From positions 5,642,001 through 5,706,000 of the forward strand of contig OZ176057.1 in assembly GCA_964247055.1 (NCBI GenBank): a stretch of DNA of 64,000 nucleotides. The letters run 5' to 3'. Under the pieces are notes generated by a model. It was not told where the DNA came from and made no database searches. It saw only the letters and a program-made list of their open reading frames with translations. The position numbers and the translations under genes are program-made. The DNA comes from Paragordius varius (taxonomy: Eukaryota > Animalia > Nematomorpha). The stretch's first letter is position 1, and each line of letters starts with the position of its first letter. This document shows, piece by piece, positions 50,963-64,000 of the stretch.

Positions 50963-53900
50963 ATAAACTTTTTTATAAAAAAACATATAAAAATTTTATA
51001 AAAAAATATTTTTTTATTTTTTTTTTAATTATAGAATTAATGCAACAAATATTATTTCATTTAATATGTAAAAATTAAATATCAGGAATTTTATAGTTTT
51101 TTTCTCAGATTTTTAATTATATATATATGTATATATAAATTATATATAAAATTAATATTTTATTGAAAAATATTTTTTATATTTTTTTAGAATTAATGCA
51201 ACAAATATTATTTTTATATTTATATAGGGATTTTATAGTTTTTTTCATATTTTTCAATTATTATATTATACAATAATTTATAAAATTTAAAATTTTTAAT
51301 TTTTTCATTAAATTATATAAAAATATATATTTTTTATAAAAAAAATATTATTTTATACAAAAATCTAAATTTTTTCTTAGTTTTTAAAATAATATATATA
51401 TATATATATAAAATAAATATTTTTTAATTAAATTTTATAAAAATTAATATTTTTATATTTATAAAAAAATATTTTTTTAGAATTAATGCAACAAATGACA
51501 ACCGATAATTTGGTTAAACAAGAATTACTTCAAGAATTAGAATCGAAAAATTCTGAATGCCAAATTAAATGCCAAGCCCTTCAGAATGGCATTGAAAATG
51601 CTTATAAGTTTTTTTTAATTTTTTAAAAAAATAAAATATTTTTAAAATTAATAAAAAAAATAAAAAAATTATTGAAAAAATAATTAATTAATTTTATGTA
51701 ATTTATTAAAATGATTAGAAAAAAATTATATATTTTTATCGAAAAATTCTGAATGCCAAATTAAATGCCAAGCACTACAGAATGGCATTGAAAATGCTTA
51801 TAAGTTTATTTTTTTTAATTTTTAAAATAATTTATTATTTTATTTTAAGATTTTTATAATTTTTTTTAAATAAATTTATTTATTTATTAAAAATTTTGTA
51901 AAATGATTTAAAAAAATTATACATTTTTAACGAAAATTTCTAAAGGCCAAATTAAATGCCAAGCACTTCAGAATGGAATTGAAAATGCTTATAAGTTTAT
52001 TTAAATTTTCAAAAATAATTAAAATATTTTATTTTAAGATTTTTATAATTTTTTTTAAATAAATTTATTTATTTATTAAAAATTTTGTAAAATGATTTAA
52101 AAAAATTATACATTTTTAACGAAAATTTCTAAAGGCCAAATTAAATGCCAAGCACTTCAGAATGGAATTGAAAATGCTTATAAGTTTATTTATTTTTGAA
52201 AAAAATAAAAAAATTTAATTTTAAAATAATTTTTAAAATTTTTATAATTTTTTTTAAATAATTTATTTTTCAAATAAATAAAATAATCTGACAAATTTAT
52301 ATATGTAATTAAAACTTTCATAAAAAACTTGAAAAAATTTATATTTTTAACGAAAATATTTTCGATTGAATGCCAGCCACGTCAACGCATTTAAAATTCT
52401 TATAAGTTTAAAATTATTAAATGAATCGAAATATTTTATTTTTTTCAAAAAATTAATAAAAAAATTATATAATAAATTTTTATTTAGTTTATTAAAATTT
52501 TTGTTTAGTTTATTAATTCTTAAAATGATTTAAAAAATACCAAAATATTTTTAATTAAATGCCAAGCACTACAGAATGGAATTGAAAATGCTTATAAGTT
52601 TTTTTTAATTTTTTAAAAATTAAAATATTAAATTAATTAAAAAAATTATTAAATAGTTTATTAAAAAATATTTATATTTGAAATTATAATTTGTTTTATT
52701 ACAATTTTTGTAAAATGATTTGAAAAAATATATTCAATTTAAATAAGCACTGCAGAATGGCATTAGGACTTATAAATTAATAATATTTAAATTTTTTTAT
52801 TATTAATATACCTAAATTTATATTAATATAATTTTTTTAAGAAAAAATTAATTAAGAATTTTTTTTAAATTTTTATTTAATATATTTTATTTATTTTATT
52901 AAAATTGTAAAATGATTTGAAAAAATTATATATTTTTAACGAAAATATTTTCAATTAAATACCAAGCACTACAGAATGGCATTGAAAATGTTTATAAGTA
53001 AAATAATTTAAATTTAAAATATTTTAATTTTTTAAAATTAATTAAAAAATTTATTTAATAAATTTAAAATAATTTAATTTTTCAAAAAAATTATTGAAAA
53101 AATAATTAATTAATTTTATTTAATTTATTAAAAATTTTGTAAAAACTTAAAAAAATTATAAATTTTTATAATATTCAAATTAAATAAGCACTGTAGAATG
53201 GTATTAGAATGTTTATAAGTTAATTTTTTTATAAAAATCAAAATATTATAAATTTATAGAAATTAATTATAAAAATTTATTTAATATATTTATAATTATT
53301 TTATCAAAAATTTTGTAAAATATTAAACAAATTATTATTTAATATAAAGTTATTTAATAAATTTATATTTATTTAATTAAAAATTTTGTAAAATGATTTG
53401 AAAAAAATTATAATTTTAACGGAAATATTTTATATTAAATGCTAAGCATTGCAGAATAGCATAACAATGCTAAGTTAATTTTTTTTAATTTTTTATAAAA
53501 ATAATTTTAATTTAAAATATTTAAATTTAATAATTTTTTAGTTATTTTTTTAAATTTATTTTTTAAATTAATAAAATTATTTTAAGAATTTATAATTTTT
53601 CTAAATAAAAAAATAATCTGAAAAAATTTATATTTTTAATGAAAATATTTTCAATTGAAATGCCAAGCACGTCAAAACATTTAGAATGCTTATAAGTATT
53701 AATTATTTTGAAAAAATTAAAATATTTTAAATTTAAAATAATTTATTTTTTTTGGAAAATTAATTAAAAATTATTCAATAATTTTTTATCTATTTTATTA
53801 AAAGTTTTGTAAAATTATTTGAAAAAAAATTATATATTTTTAAAATATTTTACAATTCAAAAAATAATTTTTGTTATAAATGATATTTTAAGCGAAAAAT

Positions 53901-56900
53901 ATATTAATATAAATAATTAAAATAAAAATTTAAAACTATAAATTGATTCATATAATTTACTTATTAGACTACATTTTATTAATATTATTATTATTTTAAA
54001 AATATTAATTTTTCAGTTTTTTTATTTTAATATATTAAATTAATTTTAGTTATAATATATATATATATATATATAATATATTTTAAAATTATTTTTTAAA
54101 TTGTTTTTAAAAATTTGATTTTATATATTAATATTTATAAATTAAATAAATTTTTGTTAATATAATAAAATTAATATAAAAAAATTTTAAAAATTTTTAA
54201 TTTTATTATTTTAGACAAATTAGTTCACTTCAACAGGAAATAAATGCGAAAGAACAAAAAATTAAAGTAAACATTTTTTTATTTAATATATTTTTTTTTA
54301 ATATTTTTTATTAATATTTAAAATTATTATTTTAAATAACTTTTTACAGTAGTGTATGGAATAAAAAATACTTGTCCATAATTAAAATCGATAAAAATAA
54401 AGTTATTGTATAGGGAATAATGATTGAATTTAAACTAACAGTTGTTATTTACCATACGCTAGTGTCTAAATTGAATTAAAAAAATTAAAAAATCCTATTT
54501 TGGATATATGTAAAAATATTTATTAATTTTTTTAAATATTTTAAAAATTTTATTATTTTTTGATTGTTGTCCAAAAATTAATTTAATTTTTGATTTTCTA
54601 GTCAAAATAATTATTTTTTTATTATTTTTATTATTTTTATATTTTTTTATATTTTAAACCTCAAATTCTAATTTTTTGCATTTTTATAAATTATAATTAA
54701 TATTTAGTTATTTTAATAAATAAATTCATTAAAATATTATAATATTTTTTTTAAAAAATTTATTTTTAAATATTTTAAATTATTTATAATTTAATTTATT
54801 TTTTATTTTAAACGTAAATTTTAACCTTTAAAATCTCTTTTTTTGGATTCTTATAGATTTATATTTTTAAAATTTAATTATTTTAATAAATAAATTAAAT
54901 TAATAATATTTTAGAATGTAATATTATTTAAATTATTTTGGGTATATTTTTTTTAAAATTTATATTTTATAATTTGATTTGTTTTTTATATTTTTATATT
55001 TGTAATATTATACGTAAATCTTTAACCTTACAACCCTTTTTAATTTTTTTTGGAATTTTATATTAATATTTTCAATAAATAAATTATTTTTAATATTTTA
55101 ATTAATTATTTTTAATATTTAAATTTAATTCAAAAAAATATTTAATTTTTTTTTAATTTTTCTTTTTAGGATTTAGAATTGCATTCTGAAAAATCTTTGC
55201 AAGCGGCATTGGAAGAATTTAAGGCACAACTCTTAACAGCTGATGAAGGAAAGAGGGCGCATTTTAAGACCCAGGTTGATTAAAATTTAATAAAAATTTT
55301 AATTAAAAAATATATATATTTATAAATAAATTTATATTATTATTTATGCTTAATAAAATTTATTTTATTTATTTTATATAATTTAAAATTAAATTAATAA
55401 AAATTATAAATTTAATTTAAAATTAATATTTTTAATTTATATTCAATTATATTATTTATTTATTTTTTAAATAAAAAAATTATGTTTTAAAAATTTATTT
55501 AAAAATTAATTATTTAATAAAGGAAAATATCTAAATTAATAATCTGGTTTTTTAATTTCATATATTCCTAGTTTTCATTTAATTTTTTTTAATGACAATT
55601 TTCTTAATAAAAAATATTTTTATCTTTTTTCTTAATAATTTATAAAAATTATAAAATTATGTTTGCGTTAAAAATAATATTTTGTTAAAATAAAAAAATT
55701 CATAAAATAGATAAATAAAAAAACTTATAAAATATATTGTTTGCGTTTAAAATATATTTTTATTTAAAAATAAATAAAATTTATTATATATTATTTTTAA
55801 TTTTTTTTATTTTTTTTAAAGATTTCACTTTTGAAAGATGAATTGGCACAGGAAAAAAATATTTTTGCTTCCAAAGAAACACAATTAAACCAGGAAGTAA
55901 TTCAACTTAAACAGGTAAAAAATTTTATAAAATTATAAAAAAATTTAATTTAATTTTTTTTTAATTAATATTTTTTTAATTAATTTTTTTTAATTAATTT
56001 TTTTTTAATTAATATTTTTTAATGATTCTCTTTCATATGCTATTAAAATAAATAGAATATATCATTTTTTATAATATTATCCAATAAAACTAAAACTTAA
56101 AATAATTTAAACTTTTATTTAAACCCAAAAAATTTTTTTATATATATACCAGGAATTAATTCAACTTAAACAGGTAAAAAATTTTATAAAATTATAAAAA
56201 TATTAATTTTAAATAATTTTTTTAATTTTTTAGATTTTAATATAATATTTGGATAATATTATTAAAAATGATAACTTTGGGTAATTTAATTGAAAATTAT
56301 ATATTTTTTATAAATTTTTTAGCATTTAAAACAATTTGAAAACATAAAATATTTTGAAATTAGTTAAACTTTTTTCACCTTAAAATAAGTATATTTTTTA
56401 TAATTTTTTTTTAAAAATTTATAATTATTTTATTTAAAAAATTACTTATTTGATAAAAAATTTTTATTTTATTTTTTTAAGCATTTAAGGCATTTCGAAG
56501 CCTTGAAAATCTAAATTTATAAATTTTATATATATCGTTTTTTTTTGTTTTTTTATATATATTTTCAAAAAAATATTTTTTAAATATATTTATAAATAAA
56601 TATTTATAATTTATATTAGAATTTTTTTTAATTTTTTTTAAAAAATTTAATTTTTATTTATATAATTTTGTTTAATATTTTTATAATAAATATTTTATTT
56701 TATTTTATTTTTCAATAGCATTTAAGGCAATTCGAAACCCTGAAAAGCCTTGTATTTTTTTATTTTTACCTTAAAATTAAAATATTTTAATTATATATTT
56801 TTTTAAAAAAAAAATTAATATTTTATAAAAAAATTATAATTTACATATTTTTTATGAAAAATAATTTATTTAAAGATCATTTTTTATTTTTTTTAGCATT

Positions 56901-59900
56901 TAAAACAATTTGAAAACTTGAAAAGCCTTGAAAATCAAAACTTAGTTGAATAAATATATATATATATATAATTGTATGAAAAGATATATTTATTGTTGTT
57001 TTAAAAAATTTTATAATTTATACAAATTTTTTGTTGAATTTTTTATAAAAAAATTATAATTTACATATTTTTTATAAAAAATAATTTATTTAATTCAAAA
57101 ATTATTTTTAAACATTTAAAACATTTCGAAAAACCTGAAAAGCTTTGAAAATCAAAACTTAATCAAAATTTTATATTATCGTTTATTTTTTTTTATTTTG
57201 TATATATTTTTAAAAAAACTTATAATTTATATAAATTTTTTAATATTTTTTTAAAAAAATAATTTATTTAAAAATCATATTTTATTTTTTTAATAGCATT
57301 TAAAACAATTCGAAACCCTGGAAACCCTTGAAAATCAAAATTTAGTTGACAATTTGCGACCTTATATAAATTGTTATAAAAAAAATATTTATCGTTTTTT
57401 TATATTTTTTTATAAATATTTTCAAAAAAATATTTTATTAAATGTATTTATTTAAAAATATATTTAAAAATATATTATCATTTTTTATTTTTTTAATAGC
57501 ATTTAAAACAATTCGAAACCCTGGAAACTCTTGAAAATCAAAACTTAGTTGACAATTTGCGACCTTATATAAATCAGATTGAGGAATTACAAAATCAAAT
57601 TAAACGAGAAAAAATTAAAAATGAACAAAATTTACAACAATTTACAACTGAAAAAAGTTTTTTTTTTTAATTTTTAATAAATAATTTTTATTTTTTATAA
57701 AAATATTAGTTTTTAATAAAAAATTATTTTATATATAAATATATATATATATCTATTTTTATACTTGATTTTTAATTTTTACTAATTTTTAATAAAATAT
57801 TAATGAGAAAAATTAAATTTTTTAGATATATATATATATATATATATATACTTTTATCAAAATATAACCATTTTATTTAAATTTTTAATTTAATTTTGAT
57901 TAAATTTATATTTATTAATTTTAATTTTTTTTAATTTTTAAAGAAAAATATTAATTTTTTAGAATATATGAATATAATTTTTCTTATAACTTTTTAAAAA
58001 TTTATGAAGACATATCCAAAATCTATATATTTTTTTAATATATATATATGTATAATTTAAAACATTGAATAATTAATAATAATATAACCTTTACCTAATT
58101 TTTTTTCTTTTAAAGGACCTAAATTCCATTCTTTTCTATAAATGTTTAATTTAAAATTTTTTTAAATTTTAATTGTGAATTAAAAAAAATATAGCTTTGA
58201 AACAAAAAAAGTGGTTTTTGAATGAAAAAATTATTTTTAAGTAAATAAATATATATTAAATAAAATTAGAGGTTAATAAATAATAAAATAAATAATTACA
58301 TGCAAAAATTATGGTTAAATCCAAACTAAAAAATTTTAAGGATCAACTTGAAATGTTCAAGAACAAACTTGAATTGTTTAAGGACCAACTTGAAATGTCC
58401 AAAAATTAACTTGAAATGTTCAAAGACTGACTTTAAGTGTTCAAGGACCAACTTAAAGTGTTGAAGGACCAACTTGAAGTGTCCAAGGACCAACTTGAAG
58501 TGTTCAAGGACATTCTTAAAGTATGATCATCTTGAAATATTTAGGAACCAACTTGAAGTGTTTAAGGACCAACTTAACCCGTTCAAGGACCTACTTGATG
58601 TAAGAAGTGTTCAAGAACAAACTTGAACTGTTCAACTACCAACTTGAAATGTTCAAAGACTGACTTGAAATGTAAGGACTAACTTGAAGTATTCAAGGAC
58701 TAACTTGAAGCGCTCAAGAAACAACTTGAATTGTTAAGGATTAACATGAAATATTTAAGGACAAACTTGAAATGTCCAAGTACCAAATTAAAATGTTCAA
58801 GGACTAATTAAAAAACTTGAAATCTTCAAGGACTAACTTGAAGTGTTCAAGGACAAACTTTATATGTTCAAGGACTGACTTGAAGTGTTTAAGGACAAAC
58901 TTGAAGTGTTCAAGGACTGACTTGAAGTGTTCAAGGACCAACTTGAAATGTTCAAGGACCAACTTTGAGTGTTTATGGTTTAACTTGAAATGTTCAAGGA
59001 CCAACTTGAAATGTTCAAGGACAAACTTTATATGTTTAAGGACTGACTTGAAGTGTTCTAGGACCAACTTGAAATGTTCAAGGACAAACTTATATGTTCA
59101 AGGACTGACTTGAAGTGTTTAAGGACATTCTTAAAGTGCTCAAGGATTGAAGTGCAAATAGTATATTTAATTAAAAAATTTTAATTTTTTATAAATTTAA
59201 ATAAATTTATAATTTTTTTCCTATTTTTTTTAGAAGCGTTTGAAACTAAATTACAAGAGATGTCGCATTTAAATGCCATTCAGCAATCCAATCAAACTGA
59301 ACTCCAGCAAAAGCTTCAAGAACTAAACTTGAAATATTCTGCACTGGAAACTAAATTACAGGAATACGTGGAAAAGTGCAAATTTCTAGAACATTCTAAA
59401 TCACAATTACAAATGAAATATGAAAGGTGCTTGAGTTTTTTTAATTTTTTTTATAAACAATTAAATTTGATTAATTTAAATATAATATAAATGATTAATT
59501 AAATTTATATAAAAAAAAATTTTCAAATAATTTTAAATTTTTTTAAGTTTTTTTTAAAAAAATTTAAGTTTTAGATTTAGTTTAATATTTTTTTGTAAAA
59601 ATAATTATAATCAATTAAATTACAATTTTTTTTAAATATTTTTTAATTTAAAAAATTTATATAATTTAAATATATGTATAGTATTGTTTAATATAATAAA
59701 ATTTTATTGAAATAAGTTAAAAAGTTAAAAAATTTATATTCTTCAAAAATTAAAAAAAATTAATTTTTTTTAGTTTTTTTTTTGAATTTTTTTATAAATT
59801 ATATTAATATTAAAAACATAATATATAAATATATATGTAATTATTTAATAATTAATAAAGTACATAATCTTTAAAAGTAAAAAAATAATTTTTTTTAAAG

Positions 59901-62524
59901 ATTTTTATAGATTTTCTTTTTTTTAAAAATTTGTTATATAATTTAATTATATATTACTGGTTAATAATTACTTAAATTTAAATTCTTAAAAAGTTTAAAT
60001 TTTTTTTATTATTTGGTTTTTTTATTTTTTTGATAAATAATATAAAAAAAACTAAAATATGTAATTTAAAAAATATATGTAATATAGTTGATTAAATTTT
60101 GATAATTTGAAAAGTTAAAAAAATTTTATTCTTTTAAGTTAAATTTAAATTTTTTTTGGTTTTTTAAAATTTTTTAGTTTTTTTTTAATTTAAAATTTTT
60201 TTATTTAAATATATGTAATTACTGTTTTATACTTTATTAAATTTTAATGAAATTATTTAATTTAAAAAATTTATATTCTTTAAAAAATTAATTTTTTATT
60301 ATTTTTTATAAATAATAATATATATTAAATTTTAATATATAAAATATTAATTTTTTTATAAAATTTTTATGTAAAAAATGTCACATTGTTTGACTTTTCA
60401 AAAAAAATAATTTTAAATTTTTTAATTAATTTACATTTTATTTAAAAATTATTTTTTTAAAATTATTATTTTTTTATTTATACTTTAAAATTTTTTAAAA
60501 AAGTGATTATCTTATTTTTTTAACAAAAATAATTATTTATTTAATATTAAATTTTAATTTTTTTATTAATTAATTTTATTCAATTTTTTATAAATAAAAA
60601 AATTATTATTTTTTTTATTTTAATTTTTTTATTTTTTTCTTTTTAAATTGTTTTTATTATAAAAAAATTAATATTTTTTTTAATTTATATTTTTTTTTAC
60701 TTATTTCTAAAAAATTTTCAAAATTTTTATATTTTTTTTATTATTTTACAAAATTTTTATATTTTTATTTTATTTTAAATTTTAATTTTTTTATTTTTTA
60801 TAAATTTTTTATTTTTTTTTATTTTAGTGAAATAAATTCCTACAAAGCATTAGAGACCAGACTTTGTACAGAAATTGAAGCCTTTAAAACAAAGCTTATA
60901 ATTCTATCAGCTGAGAACGATAAAAACAGCTGTTCTAATGTCGATAAAAACAGCTGTTTAAAAGTCGATAAAAACAGCTGTTCAAAAATCGATAAAAACA
61001 GCTGTTTAAATTTGTCACCAAGCGTGTCGCAATCGAATTCTAACTTTTTAACAAATTCCTTGGAATATTCTAGAATTTCAGATGATTTTAATTCAAATTT
61101 AAATTCAAATTTAAATTTAAAAGCTTTTCAAAATAACGGACAAAAACTGCAATTTAGTCAACAAGATTTCATGTTTAAAAATGGTAAGTAATTATATTTT
61201 ATAATAATTTGGAGTTAAATATAATTAATATTTTTATTATTGAATCAAAAAAAATAATTTATTGATTAAATCAATATTTTTAATTTGAATATTTTTTTAT
61301 TCAGATATTTTTTAAATAAAAAAATATTTGGAAATTATTAATTGAATTTTAATTTTAAAATATTTTTGAATTTTATTTATTTTTTATAATTTCAAATCAA
61401 TAAAAATTATTAGAATTTAAATTAGAAATATTTATTTAAAAATTAATATTTTCAATTTTTTTATACCTAATTTTAAATATTCATTTATTATATTATAATA
61501 ATATTTAATATTCCAAATCTATATTTTATATTTTTTGATTAAATCTAAATATTTTTTATTAAATTCAAATATTTTATTAATTAAATGTATATTTATAAAT
61601 TTAAAATATTTTATTAATTTTTATTTATTGATTTTAGATATTGATGAGAATAATATTAAAAGAAGTTCCAGTAGTGTTACACTTTCACAATATGATGTAA
61701 AATTAATTATTTTTGTATTATTTATTTAATTTTTTTATATTTAAATAAATTTAAAAATCTATTTTGATTTTTTTGAATATATAAAAATTATTTAAAATTT
61801 TTTAAATATATCGAAATTTTTACAAATTATGAACGGACATAAGATAATATTAAAATTTAAAATATTTTTATTTATAGATATTTATTTTAGAAGAAAAAAA
61901 TAAAAATAAGATGAATAAAAAATTTAAGTATTAAAATTTAATTTTTTTTATTTTATATGAATTAGTTTATAAAAAAATTTAATTTGTCTTAAAATAATTT
62001 AAATTAATTGAAAATATTTTTCAATTTTTATGAGATATTCTTTATTTTATCATTAAACTATATAAAAAAAATTTTTAGAATTCAATTCAACTATTTAACA
62101 CTTTAAAATAATTATATTTTATAATTTATTCAAAAAAAACTTTTTTTTCCAATTTTATAAAATTTAATAAATTAAATATTATATAAATATTTAATTTTTT
62201 ATTAATTTTATATATTTATATATATATATATATATATATAAAATTTTGGAATGTAATTCAACTATCTAAAACTTTAAAATAATTATATTTAATAATTTAT
62301 TGAAAAACTTTAATTTTTAAAATTTATTAAATATTTAAATTTTTTTTATTTAAATATTTATATATAAAATTTAATTTTTTTTAAATTTAAATTTTTGATT
62401 TTTTAAATTCAATTCAGAAACTTTAAAATAATTATATTTTATAATTTGAAAAGCACTTAAATATTTTAAAATTATTAAATATAATAAAAAATTTTTAATT
62501 TATTAATATTTTAATATTTTTAAA

Positions 62525-62556
<32 letters not shown>

Positions 62557-63732
62557 CTTTAGATATTAATTTTTAATTATTATAATTTAATATTTTTATA
62601 ATTTAATATTTAAATTTTTGATAAATTTATTAGATATTTTTAAATTTAAATATTTTATTTTTATAATTTTTCAGACTTCAACAAATTATGAAGGGACATC
62701 AGATGTTTTAAGTGATAATTATAATACTAGCCTTACAGAAGAAAATAATAGTAGTTTATTTGATATTCAACAATTTCAACATGTTTTACGACGAAAAAAT
62801 GGCCGAATCCAAAGAATGAATGTATGAAAATTTTGTTAAAAATATAAATTGTTTTAAAATTTAGAAATATATAAAATTTGTTTTAAAAATATACATTATT
62901 TATAAATATATAATATTAAAAAATATTTTATTACGAAAAAATTAAAAATTATTTAAAAAAAATAATGAAAAAATAAGATTTTTAAAAATTATTTAAAAAA
63001 TTTATATTAGATTTCAAAAAATTGAAAAAAATATCATTAAACTGTAAGATATTTCATATTTTGTAATAGCAAAAAATATATGGCTTAAAGAGATTTTATT
63101 AAGTTAAATTTTAAATTTTAGCATTGTAAATATATTTATACATATAAAATTTTATTTTAGTAAAAAAAGGTTTTTTTAAAATTATTGAAAAATTATTTAA
63201 TTTTGTATTTTAAAATTTATAATATATTATAAGGGTGAATAAAAATAATGTAGTAAGAGTAGTAAAAATAATGGAATTATATAAGGACTGACAAAACCGT
63301 AAAAAACTATAAAGACTTTTTTTTGCCTTAAAAGACCATTAACCCCCCTTGATATTTTTTTAAATCTTAAAATTAATTTTTAAATATAATTACTCTTTAT
63401 TTAACATTGGCAAATAATATAATTTCCATAATTTTTACTCTTTTTTTATATAATAAATATATATTGTATCTTTAATTAATATAAAAAGTATAATTTTCAT
63501 TTTTACTTTTTTATAATTATTTATTTTTTATATTAATAAATATATTTATAAATAATTTTTTTGCTTTTGAATATAAAATGATTAAATTAAATTTTAGCAT
63601 CAAATAGAAACTTTACAAAAGCAATTAAGTATTGTATCGAATGAGTTAGTCTTAAACAATGATGTACGCGCCATAAATACCGAATTAATGAACAAAATTG
63701 AAAATATCACACAAGAATTAAATCAACTCAAA
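43894..63732 (+). CDS. TMF1: TATA element modulatory factor 1 (TMF1/ARA160 golgin), first 18 exons, 897 codons; 3' end lies outside the window
   Basis: Exons 43894-44186, 44218-44518, 45863-45995, 46357-46501, 47417-47507, 47966-48086, 49088-49184, 49753-49838, 51481-51607, 54215-54266, 55170-55274, 55822-55914, 57500-57656, 59234-59426, 60828-61183, 61638-61696, 62675-62821, 63598-63732. All GT..AG with consistent phases. TMF-like N-terminus (MNW..TSFANLANAAFKKAQEKIDQMLEI), EGEKLSKQEL..GILKKVRAREKE, RPYINQIEELQ and C-terminal coiled coil. Confidence 0.9.
44533..44818. mobile_element. MITE family A, immediately after the TMF1 exon 2 donor
   Basis: TTTACAGTTCAAATTTACCC left arm, family core, AAGGGTAAGTTTGAATTGTAA right arm. 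Confidence 0.7.
44993..45206. mobile_element. Fold-back MITE family F copy
   Basis: Homologous to 41830-42085; flanked by the direct repeat TAGTTTACAATTGTAATTAAAT. Confidence 0.75.
45528..45833. mobile_element. MITE family A inserted in (TA)n
   Basis: (TA)n|CCATTTACAGTTCAAATTCACCC ... GAATTGTAGATCA followed by TA-rich sequence. Confidence 0.8.
46640..47118. mobile_element. MITE family A with internally duplicated right array
   Basis: Right arm of ~14 units including an exact ~79-bp duplication (46858-46936 / 46937-47015); ends GTAAATGG|TA. Confidence 0.8.
50100..51480 (+). repeat. Tandem array containing copies of the TMF1 exon 9 acceptor and start
   Basis: AG|AATTAATGCAACAAAT-like copies near 50150, 50370, 50683, 51035 and 51190; real at 51481. 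Confidence 0.85.
51608..53700 (+). repeat. Tandem array containing copies of the TMF1 exon 9 end and donor
   Basis: ~10 units of ~190-240 bp, each with TAAATGCCAAGCAC..CAGAATGG.ATTGAAAATGCTTATAA|GT-like sequence. Confidence 0.9.
55915..57499 (+). repeat. TMF1 intron 12: one donor copy plus ~6 acceptor/exon 13-start copies
   Basis: CAACTTAAACAG|GTAAAAAATTTT copy at ~56160. AG|CATTTAAAACAATT-like copies near 56320, 56480, 56718, 56895, 57112 and 57297; real at 57500. Confidence 0.85.
58340..59162. repeat. 21-bp minisatellite (AGGACCAACTTGAAGTGTTCA, ~39 units), expanded arm of a family A-related MITE
   Basis: Same period and register as the family A subterminal repeat. Ends GAAGTGCAAATAG|TA like family A termini. 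The same variant unit is seen at 19020-19060. Confidence 0.85.
60919..61014 (+). repeat. Coding 24-bp tandem repeat x4 in TMF1 exon 15 (DKNSCxxx)
   Basis: GATAAAAACAGCTGT every 24 nt: DKNSCSNV DKNSCLKV DKNSCSKI DKNSCLNL. Confidence 0.9.
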
Positions 63733-63960
63733 GTAATAATATATTTTTTAATTATATTTTTCTGGTTTTTTTATAATTTTTTTAAAAAAAATATCTTTTT
63801 TTTAAATATTTGGATAGTTTTTTTACTAAAGTTTTGTCCCCTTTTAAGTAATTTTGAATATATATATATATATATTAAATCAACTCAAAGTAATAATATA
63901 TTTTTTTAATTATATTTTTCTGTTTTTTTTATAATTTTTTAAAAAATATTCATTTGAATA
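63733..63960 (+). repeat. Duplicate of the TMF1 exon 18 end and donor
   Basis: AATCAACTCAAA|GTAATAATATATTTTTT at 63721 (real) and ~63879 (copy). Confidence 0.75.
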
Positions 63961-64000
63961 GTTTTAGGTTTAATAAAGTTTTGGCCCCTTTAAAGTAATT

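Noticed and set aside
19091-61729. F/I/K/Y/L/N-rich short ORFs (e.g. 19091, 24161, 39480, 42834, 47293, 47587) and the intronic extensions of ORFs such as 61535 and 63688
   Set aside because: Expected by chance in >80% AT DNA or within MITEs. Only the portions matching spliced exons were kept.

Overview
Very AT-rich, intron-rich eukaryotic (apparently metazoan; taxon not determinable here) genomic window. Manual splicing with GT..AG boundaries and consistent phases gives: a tandemly duplicated two-exon orphan gene (-, ~6.1-7.3 and 8.9-10.0 kb); a 6-exon CDC34/UBE2R E2 (-, 14942-23208); a 5-exon ~134-aa secreted orphan missed by the ORF track (-, 24560-26764); a 9-exon NUBP1/Nbp35 (-, 27841-38171); an intronless ~288-aa orphan ORF head-to-head with NUBP1 (+); an intron-containing tRNA-Ile(TAT); and the first 18 exons of TMF1 (+, 43894 to beyond the window end). 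Non-coding DNA is filled with several MITE families, a TSD-flanked non-autonomous hAT element and 21-bp subterminal arrays. The most striking unexplained pattern: at about a dozen exon-intron junctions in three genes, the intron consists of ~100-250 bp tandem units that each carry a degenerate copy of the junction itself (exon end+GT, or AG+exon start). Coordinates were counted by hand. Exon boundaries were checked by phase and length; repeat boundaries and copy counts are approximate.
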